From Nageia nagi (lineage: Eukaryota; Plantae; Pinophyta), in assembly GCA_050084985.1 (NCBI GenBank), contig JBITNC010000001.1, positions 82,956,001-83,020,000 of the forward strand: DNA of 64,000 nucleotides. The letters run 5' to 3'. The position numbers and the translations under genes were made by a program. The first letter of the stretch is position 1. The number at the start of each line of letters is the position of its first letter. The notes under the pieces are model-generated. The model ran no database searches, had not been told where the DNA came from, and was given only the letters and a program-made list of their open reading frames with translations. Positions 53,890 to 64,000 of this stretch are shown here, one piece after another.

Positions 53890-54590
53890 CCACCCAAATA
53901 TATCATGGGCATATAGTGAAGCTACATAATGGGTGTATATCAAGAGCCTCTAGAAAAAAATTCATTGGTTTGATGAGATATATGATGGACATATATTAGA
54001 ACTATATCATGGATGTATAATGAGAAATTAAAAAAATTTAGATTTTTTTGAATAGATATATCATGAGCATATCTTAAATATATCATGGGAGTATAGCAAG
54101 AAACATAAAACACCTAGAAATGTTGAAACTAGACATATGATGGGTGTATATCACTTAACATAACATGGGTGTATAACGATAATTAAGAAATTTTTTTTTT
54201 CAATTTTTGAACAAGATATATTATAGATGTATATAGAATATACATGGGGCATATATCGAGAACTAAGAATAGAAATATATTATATTTTTTAATGAGATAT
54301 ATTACAAGTGTATAACAGTTATAAGAGGGGCATATAGAGAGAACTAAGAATGGACAATTTTTAAATTTTTGAATGCAGATATATTATAGGCATATAGAGG
54401 TTATAATATGGGAGTATAACAAGAAGTAAATTTTTTTAAAATTTTTGAATGATATATATTGTAGGTGTATACCAATTATATTATGGGTGTATAGAAAAAA
54501 TTTTAGTTTTAAAACAAGCATATAGTGCACCTATCATGGGTGTATAACAATATATATAAATATAAAGTTCAATTTTTGGGTGTGTATCCA
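53890..54590 (+). repeat. Array of ATATATCATGGG(CA/TG)TATA motifs
   Basis: More than 12 degenerate copies; GGGCAT and GGGTGT variants imply ancestral GGGCGT. Confidence 0.85.
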
Positions 54591-54998
54591 CCACTAATAT
54601 TTTCTTGGACATTTAGAAGAAGAAAATACGATCTTTTCCTAAAACATTTGCAGACCATCTTAGATTGTGCTACCAAGATGAGCTCTCATAGTGGTAGTCA
54701 TATGCTTGTATCCTTTTCTAATTATTTTTCTTCTTTGAATGCATTTTTCATTTGTTTGTTTCCTTTTTTATTCATTAGATAAAAAATCCTAACCAAATCC
54801 ATGAAATTGTAGAGCATTCTATATGGTAACATTGCATGGAGCTTTCTACTAGTAGGGGCATGGTGACCATCTTGGTATGCATTCTTATTAAATTTGTTTG
54901 GCTAGGTTTTTTCCTCATCGATTCTCTACATATGGTTTTTTTTATTATGTTATTTCTTATGATTTTATTATGATAGAAATATGCTTGTAAAGACAAAT

Positions 54999-55240
54999 CA
55001 ATTTAAAAATAAACCTTGTTTCAAATTTCTCAATTTTGAGATTATTTGGTAATGTGTAGGGTTCAAGGTTTAGGGTTTGATAACTATACAAATTCATAGT
55101 TAGGGTTTTTTTTCCATTTATAACCATCAATTTAATAACAAACCTATTTCAAATTTTCCAATTTGGGGTATTATTTGATAATATGTAGGGTTTAAAGTTT
55201 AGGGTTTGATAATTGTATAGATTCATAGTTAGGTTATTTT
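54999..55240. repeat. ~125-bp tandem duplication with TTTAGGGTTT boxes
   Basis: 54999-55110 vs 55128-55240. Confidence 0.8.
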
Positions 55241-55569
55241 TTCTAGTTAGAACCATATTTCTTATGAGAATAACAAATAAATGTATAGGAAATACTCTTT
55301 TAATTAGTGTTTGATGTATTTATAAACCATGTTACAAATTTCCCACTTTTGGGCATTGTATTGAAATTTTTGGGAAAGCGGAATTGATAATGTTATTCTT
55401 CTAGAATTAACTTCAATATAAGTAAAACCAAGTTTCTTTCTTATTCCTCAATCTCTCATTAATTTCCTTACTCCATTTACCATCTTGTGAACTTAAATTC
55501 AACTACATCCACTTTTCTTTTTTATCCATCATCTAGTTTAGGATCTTGCATTGGGTTCCTAATCATAGA

Positions 55570-58500
55570 GAGGCATTTGCAGATTCTATTATGGGAGAAT
55601 GGATAGCCACCAAGAAGGGTGATAAAATTCAATATTTTTACTTTTTTAGGAATTGTGTTTTGATAAATGGTGTTTAAAAGGGTTAAAGGAAGAGGTTAGA
55701 CCAACATAGGATCTGATATCATGAAGGTGCACCACCAATTCCTCCTTTGCTATGAGGTAGGAGGCCAGCCAATGGTATTAAAAAATCATCATCCTATAAC
55801 CAAAATAAATATATAGCAGATAGGTAGGATATAAATAAGATGATGATGATATAATTTAAAAGTAAGCATTATAGAGTGTCAGGTAGTATTTTTTTTTTCA
55901 TTATAATGTCAAAGATAGAAAAATATTGCCAAAACTAGCCTTTGCTAAAATGTAAATAAAATTAGAAGAGTATAATTCTAAGGATAGAAAGAAAAAGAGA
56001 AAATTGGCTCATTATAAATATGAATTTAGTAAGGCGCATGTGTAATTTATCATATAATGGAAGGTAATTAAACAACATTTCAATAAGAACTTAAAAACTA
56101 AAATTCAAAAAATATGTTGTTATTAGATATTTGTATAAATATACAATATTATTCATTATTGATATCACAAAATTATTGATAGGATTCACCACATATTGAA
56201 GGGTCTTCACATGTGATTGACTTTTTGTCTATAGAAAATGCTCAATGTGTTGATGATGAGGTGAATGTTGGTGATAAGGTGAATGTACATAATGAGGTTA
56301 ATTTTGATAATGAGGTGAATGCTCAGGTAACTCCATTTTCTTGTAATTATTTGTAGCTAAATTTTATATTTTCATATTCAATTGAGGCTCTATAAAGCAT
56401 CATTGTTTGACATGTAGGTAATACATGATAATATTTTTCCATTTGCTACCAAAAAGGGTCAAAAGGTGCATATCCTTGACCCTCTTGGTAATATAGTGGG
56501 GTTTGGAAATATGCACAATGATGATCTTGCTAGCACATACCACAGTAGCACCATTGGTGAAGGGCATATTTCAATAAAGGTGACAATAATTAATTTCATA
56601 GGTTATAAGCTACCCATACCCAATTGGGTGCTATAAAATTGGGAGAATCTTTTTGGGGCTTTATGTTATGGGACACTAACTTAATTTATATCAAACATTT
56701 ATGCAATTAATGATATTTATGTTTCATAATAATTATGTTTTTTAATTAACTATTGAATTCATTTTGCATACTAGAAAATGTTGGTCCACAACCACAAGAA
56801 TGTGTAAATAATGGATCATTTACCACTAGAAAGGGTCAAAAGGTGAATCTCCTTGATCCTCTTAGTAATATAGTGGGGTTTGGCAATGTGCATAATGATG
56901 ATCATGCTGACACATACCATAGTAGCACTATCGAAGAGGGGAACATTTCCATAGAGGTGACATCATGTAATTTTAGTGATTGCATGCTACCCATACCCAA
57001 TGGGGATGCTACTACTTAGGGAGAATATATTTAGGGCTTTGTGTTATAGGAAACTAAATCACTACAACTTGATTTCCAACCTCCTATTATAACCCAACAA
57101 GTATAATTATTCCTTATTTTATATCAAATGTTTACTATTCATTTTGTAACAAGTATATTTTTAAATTAACTTTTGATTTCATCATTTTTGTTTATGATAT
57201 AGTATAACATGCATAAATTAATGGAGCAAAAGGAGTATGTAAATGAAGGATAAGGTTGTGAAGAGCTAAGGTTACAAGAACAACATGTTGAATATGCTGC
57301 AATGTGGACCCAACACATTACACAATGCACACAAGATGCCACAAATGGCACACAATAAGTATTCTTCATTCCAAAAATAGCACAATTTAGTCAAAGTTGA
57401 AAAAACTAGTTTGAAAGTAGTGTTCACAAATGCATAATTTTCTTTATGATATATGATAACATGCATAAAGGAATGGAGCAAAATGAGGATGCAAATAAAG
57501 GAATGGAAAAGAATTAAGATATAAATGAAGGAAAATACAATGAAGAGGTAGGGTTCCTATAAAAGCATGTTGTAGATGTTGCAAAGTGGATTGAATCCAT
57601 TACATAAGAAATACAGGATGCCAAAAATGACATAATGTAGGTATTCTTCATGCTATTTGTAGGGAATATTTTCCATGTTTGTACATATTTTTTGCATACA
57701 TGTACACTAATGTAGGCCCTTTTTTGAAAACCCATGTGCATATCCTATGATCAAAGTACTCTTTGATGAATGTCCATTCCTTTCTCCACAACCCCTTATA
57801 TTTGGTGGCATATGCGTGGAGAATGTTGGTAAGGTTGCCTACAAGTATTTAGGGCCTTGTTTTGAAAATCCATGCACTAAACCTAAGAAAGGTTTGACTA
57901 AAGCCATGTAATATTGTGTTGCATTATTCATGACATCACCAAATTTAAATAATACTTCTACATGTACTTCAAATCCATGTCAAAAATTGTGCTTTCCCAT
58001 GTACCAAAAAACTTGGGTCCCATAGAACTGTAGGTTGTTAATTCTTAATTGTGTGTTCATTAGGGTAACATGTACATAGCCATGAATTACTACATGAACA
58101 TAATATTGTACATATTTTAGTCAATGATTGTGTTTGAGTTTAAGGGCATCATAATATGCTTTATCATGCATAACAACAGGATAATGAGGAATTACATGTA
58201 GAAGAAGAAGATGGCAATGTAGTGATGATGTTATGGCCACATGGAAAGATTTTTGTTTATGGAACATGAATGAGGAACTTATTTTAAAATCTTAAATATA
58301 TTTTTTCTTGATAGACCAACAAGTTGGTGGAGGGTTAGGTGCTTATTTTTTTTGTTGTGTACTCCTCATAGGTTGGTTACGTACACATCCTACTATTTTT
58401 CCTAGCCAAAAATAACTTGATGCACTAATATAAGATGCATGTTTAGAATGGAACAAGCTAAAATAGATTTCATCCTTAAAAGATAACTATCTAGATGGAC

Positions 58501-60011
58501 ATTTTGATTTAGATTTCATTATAGAGTAGAAGTTGAATTTTGTGACTATTGACTTTATATATTCCAAGTAGGGCTTACTTAAGCTAAAGGGTGCAATGTC
58601 AAAGTTCAAAATACTACAGGATAAAACTATTAATACAACATTGAATTCCATTTTAGAAACTCCTAAAATTTACATTGTTACATGGGCTGATCATTTTTTC
58701 ATTTTGATGGTTGAGGAACATGCATGTTACATTTTTGATACTCTTGGTCATAGAATAGAAGAGTCTTGTAAAGAAGGATATGTTATGAAGTTTGATGAAT
58801 ATATAGAAGCATGGGAGAAGGCAAAAGGGGAAAAAAGGAGGATGAGTACACTCTATTAAAATAGGGTAAGGATTGCTACTAAGATAACTATGCTACATTT
58901 TTAACAAAAAAATGTGTGCATGGCTAGATTGTTGACTTCAAAGCTAGGGCATTAAATAATATCAATCTAACCATGAATTTGATGGTGGAATTCAATCTCA
59001 TAAAAGTGGATGATGATGAAAATAGGTGGATATTGGCATTAATATTTTAAGTTTTTTTTACTTATGTTTTAGGAATTTAGTAACCTCAACCTAAAAATGT
59101 TGTTTTAGGCCTTCTACCATGCAAGGAATTGATGACGAAAACATACTAAAAGATAACAAAGGATTACTTAGGAAGAAACTAGGTCTTAGGTCTAGATCTG
59201 GATCTAGACCAACCATTGAGATAACTCCTCCTGCTATGAAAAGGGATGAAGGTAAGAGAGATGCTTGGTATAATTCCAAGGTTTCTCTCAAAGGGAAAAA
59301 AACCATCTATGACTTGTACCTTGCTAGAAATAAGGTAAAAAAAAGGACCAAGTCATTTCAAAAGGTGACATTTCAAACAATCATGTGTAAAATCAAACAT
59401 ATGATATTTTTTGTACTTCAAAACTATTCTGCATCTACTAGGATAATAGGTTACAACATAAATCAACAAGTATTTGTTTATGTAAATAAAAACTATATAG
59501 TAAGATTGAGTAATGTAGTTTTATTTTTTTTGAAGATTCCTAATATATAAATTTGTATGATGTTGGGTATGATTTTCTATACACTATACTTTATTTTACT
59601 TTTGATGTGGCAACTTATAGATTTTGAATTTTATGGCACATAACCCTAGGAGTAGATAGTGAAGACATTAAGGAATCGATCAAAATAAAGAGATTTAAAT
59701 ATAAATCCATTAGAATGCCCCAATACAAGTATCTACATGACAAAATGCTTATGGAGGTAGATAATTATTAGGGAAAACACTTGCCAATATTTGAAACCAT
59801 CCCACTACATGGGAATAATAGGGAGTAGTGGAAATCATGGAGGAACATATACAAAAAGTTTTACAAGCATGGCTACAACAATATGTATTTTGATGTTAAA
59901 GAGAATGCAGATGAAAAAGATCCATTCATGCATGAACTAGATGTGAGCTTATTCCTACACAATAGAAAAATATTCTTTGTTCCCACCCCATTGTCCATGT
60001 ATGATCCTTGA
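55570..60011 (+). pseudogene. Decayed multi-exon MULE cargo gene: two TNP1/DUF8039-like domains, Cys-rich segment, papain-like domain, basic C-terminus
   Basis: Duplicated KGQKV.LLDP..NIVGFG..H..TI.EG.ISI.V....LPIP...TLGE..GF.LW (56440-56680, 56818-57060). Exon 58180-59025 reads IDQQVGGGLGAY..GW..LDALI*DACLEW..GHFDLD..IYIVTWADHFFIL.VE..CYIFDTLGHRIEESCKEGYVMKFD. Confidence 0.7.
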
Positions 60012-60599
60012 TAAGACTTTGTAATTGTAATTGTGATTATATATTTGACTTTTTATATTTTGGCCATCAAAGTGTTTATAACCATAAGATTTGAGATACA
60101 ATATATATTTGATACGTATAGTTTATGGTGAATATTTGATTATGTATATGCCTATATAATTGACTATGTTTATGAAAGCCCTTTTTGTACAAATATAATT
60201 GATTGTATACAAATCGTACGTGCAATAGTTATGCTAAATTTAGAATTTGCTATATTATTTAATGTAGAATTTGCAATGATTGTGCTACATTCTTAATTAT
60301 GAATAAATCATACAAGTCATACATAATTCAAGATAAATCATACATGCAATAGTTATATTGAATTCATAACTATCAAATAATGCAATAGAAATCATATGAT
60401 AAACAACGTAAGATTAATGTAGAAATCTAGCTCCAAATCATATATAATTCAATACAAATAATATGATAAAAAACTAAAGAGTAATGTAGAAATATAGGCC
60501 CAAAACATACATAATTCAATACAAATCATATGATAAATAACTTAAAATAAATGTTGAAATCTAGGCCCAACTCATTTTATAAACAATTTAACATTGTGT

Positions 60600-61020
60600 A
60601 GGTATATCATGGGCATATATATAAATATATTATGGGTGTATATCAAGATATATTTTGAGCATATATCAAATATATGGTGGGCATATATAGAGAACATCAC
60701 TACTATTGGTTACTTTCAAAGATATCAAGATATATGTTGGATATGTATCAAATATATGATGGGCATATATAGCAAACACCATTAATGTTGCTTATTTCAA
60801 AGATATCAAGATATATGGTGGGCATATATCAAGTATATGTTGGGCATATATTAAGATATATGTTGGGTGCATATCAAATATATGGTCGACATAAATAACT
60901 AATATCACTACTATTGCTTACTTTTAAATATATATGATGTGCATATATAATGATAATATATGGATGTATATAATATGGATCTTCAAATATGTTGGGGTTC
61001 ATGAACAATGGTATATATTA
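60600..61020 (+). repeat. Second ATATAT.(A/G)TGGGCATATAT motif array
   Basis: About 12 copies, same orientation as 53890-54590. Confidence 0.85.
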
Positions 61021-62079
61021 GGGTTCATGATTAATGTTAGCTCCATCTTTTGATATGAAATTGAGTAAGTATATAAGCCAAGATCATGGTTACCAAGACT
61101 TCCATTGTAAAATAATGATCTTGGTTCCTATGCTTTTTCAATCTCAATCACACTAGGGAGATAAAGGGTACCATATCCTTTAATGACTTTGAAGTTGCTC
61201 TATGTATAGGATATTTTGAAGATTTATTACCTACTTCTATGGCTCCATTTATAATTTTTTAAATATCTTATTTCCTTTTTTGGTAGGACTTTCAAACATA
61301 CAATTCTAAGGATTCTATTTATTTTTCATGTTTCTTGTATTTAATTTAACCATGCACAAGTAGGACATTTAGACATGTAACCATGTCTTATTTATTATAG
61401 GCTTATGTGCCTCCTTTCCACATTTTTTTTATGTCTTGTTTCCTTTTCTCATAATGTCAATGATATTTTCATTCCTAAAATCATTCATGCATCTTTTACT
61501 AAGGACATTTTCTTTACTACTCTAATTTATTAGGTATAATTTTCTTAGGAAATTCTCATAGATATTATGATGCCAATAAGTTAGATACATTCATAGGACA
61601 TGCACAACTTATGAGATACACAACTCAGGATATACACAACTTAGATATTTTTTTGCCAATAACATAGATATTATGATGCCAATAACTAAGATCCATACAT
61701 AAGGACACACATAAATCAGATTAAATACAATACATTTTATAATATTGTAAATCCATATTGAGGATATAAACAACTTAATTGGTAGTTAAGGTATTCCTTC
61801 ACCATTATTTTACAAATAATATACAATGGTAATTATCAAAATTATGAAAAATATTAATGTATTTATTGTAAAGTTTAACATCGATCTTGATGCCTATGCC
61901 CAATATTCTATTTTTGACTTTCCCCTACATTAGATTGCTTAGTTATGGTCAAGAATAATAAATACCTATGTGTTGATTCAAATTTGGCATGATCATCTAC
62001 AAGAAAGAGTATGAGTAGTACTCAAATTAGATTTTTTGAAAAATGATTTCTAGGAATGAAGTTAAATTAAACCATAAAG

Positions 62080-64000
62080 TGTTTACCTTGAAATTGTGTT
62101 ATCTTAGGTTGATCACACTTTTTTAATCTTGGTAAGAATTAAGTAGGAGTTTGTTGGGTATCAACAATTAAATCACATTATTTCATCTCTTGAGTCCCAC
62201 TTTTCTTTTTACTTGAAGGACTCATGTAACTCTTTATTATTCTTTCAGACATTTCAGTTATATTAGAATCTTATGGGAATTAAAACTAGTGGTACCTAGC
62301 TTGTATATCCACAACCAAACTTGCAAAATACCTCTTACTTTTAGGAGTATCATATAATTTATCTAACAATGATTTTAACCATGAATTTCCATCATCTACA
62401 TCTAATATCTTGGGAGATGAATGATCAACCTAATATTCTTGACCTTAAGAGATGTTAACATGAGGTGAGGATGTTGGTAGGAGGAATGAGGTGTATTAGG
62501 TGCATGTATCATTGTACAGTTAGGAAAATTAATAGTTTCAATTGACATGTTAATGATTTTAAATACATGCTTGCATGTGTTACTTATATGGCCCCACTTG
62601 CAAATGCATGTGTAATAGTTCACCTTGAAGGTAATAAGATATTATTTTGACACATCTTGACTCCTTACCTAGTATGAGCCAATGACATCTTCATGAGGGA
62701 CACAATGAGAATCAAGTATCATATAAGACTTCTATATTGCACTCTCTACACTCTTTTCTTTCTTGTAATTGTTTCAAAATCTTAGTGTATTCAATTTAAC
62801 CAAATTCACATAATATTGAAAAACTAGTTCAAAAAGCATGTAAAGTAATAAATCCATTCTTCTAACACATTTTCTAGCCTTTTAATATAGAAATCTAGTT
62901 TTCAAAGTACAAGTATATGACTTTATAGCTAAATTTATTTCTTAGTTAGAATGGGAAAAATTTCTATGGCATTTCACCTACATACTTGCAACAAAAAATG
63001 TAGAATAAAAATCAAAATGCTTGAAAAAATAAAATTAATAATAAAAAATATTTAGTTTGTTATGATTTTACTTATGAATTCTATTAGCATGAAACCAATT
63101 ACCAATCAAGTAATCTATAAAATCCTTCTCATTATGGAAATTGACATAAAACCTAGATACAAATAATTTTATAGATACATCATCCTTGCATTTGTACATT
63201 ATTTCATCTAATATTGCAAACATTCTTCTTCCTACATCTTTACTTGATGCCTTCTTGTAGACATTGTTTAAACAATCCCATTTCACATGCCAAACACACA
63301 ACAAATGCCTACAACTAGACACTTTCTTGGACATGCATGCAACAACATAAATAAATTTACCAAATGAACAAGATAAAAGAACACTCATACAATTTAAAAC
63401 ATTTTTAGGTTTATGCTTATTTTGTATATTTTTTGAAATAAAATACAATTCACAAACTTGATGGCTTGGATTTTTGCAGTAGCATCATTAGTAAGAAAAA
63501 CATTCACATGCCAACTTGGTTGACATTCTAGATAATGCTATTTCAATATTTCAAGCCACTTAATTATGTCATCAATACCATTTTTGTATATGAAAACCTA
63601 ATCTATAGATAGATCACTTTGTTGGGAATCAAATGCAAGCAATGTTTAAAATTGGTATCACAATACACCAAAGTTTAGCAATGCATAAAAATTTAGATAT
63701 GGACAACATCATTAATGTAAAAATAAACAACTATGTAAAAAGTTAGCAATACTTACACCATAAAAATTTGTATTGAAGCTTGAATCCATTGAAATTATGT
63801 TATTGTGGGATAATTCCACCATCTTATCCAACATCCATTATATTTGAATAATGATAACAAATTTTTCAATTTCATGGTTAGGTTTATTATATATAAAAAA
63901 CTTTTCCCTGTTGACCCATCGGTTTGTACTAGTGGCATCATATTTAGCCTTCTACACCTTCCCCCTCATCAATCTATTATATATGTTTTGAACATCCCTC
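62080..64000 (-). pseudogene. MULE transposase (DDE + SWIM zinc finger), intron-containing, 5' part outside window
   Basis: ISMDSSFNTN; FLTNDATAKIQAI; HLLCVWHVK; FIDYLIGNW; SWIM YTCICKWGHISNTCKHV. Confidence 0.88.

Larger units (their letters stand above)
53860..64000. mobile_element. Large MULE (Mutator-like) element, right end outside window, left boundary approximate
   Basis: Minus-strand MULE transposase, convergent spliced cargo gene, and the same motif array at both ends of the cargo gene. Confidence 0.7.

Noticed and set aside
54999-55240. Interstitial telomere repeat
   Set aside because: Isolated TTTAGGG boxes within a local duplication, not a tandem telomeric array.

Overview
Very AT-rich, CpG/CHG-depleted plant nuclear DNA. 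A gymnosperm-like origin is inferred from the TE families. There is one intact host gene: a divergent 10-exon 26S proteasome lid subunit RPN8 (36434-38715). The rest is nested, decayed transposons. (1) 1-20.1 kb: a head-to-tail chain of non-autonomous Tat/Ogre-type Ty3 elements that share LTRs and a tRNA-Trp PBS. Two carry gag with no pol plus a convergent, spliced Plant-Mobile-Domain (PMD)/coiled-coil gene. Two carry an unknown antisense ORF and a structured ~190-bp 3'UTR repeat. (2) 20-31 kb: other Ty3 remnants (tRNA-Asn PBS, a double-capsid gag, a 99%-identical 573-bp tandem duplication). (3) Two Pack-type DNA transposons: a hAT carrying PLS-PPR fragments and a CACTA carrying a histone H2B 5' end. 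(4) 40.7-52.6 kb: a full-length decayed Ogre-like gag-pol element nested in the LTR of a non-autonomous relative. (5) 53.9-64 kb: a MULE with a SWIM transposase, repeated-motif arrays and a convergent cargo gene encoding a non-Ulp1, papain-like domain. All domain calls come from motif recognition by eye; no database searches were run.
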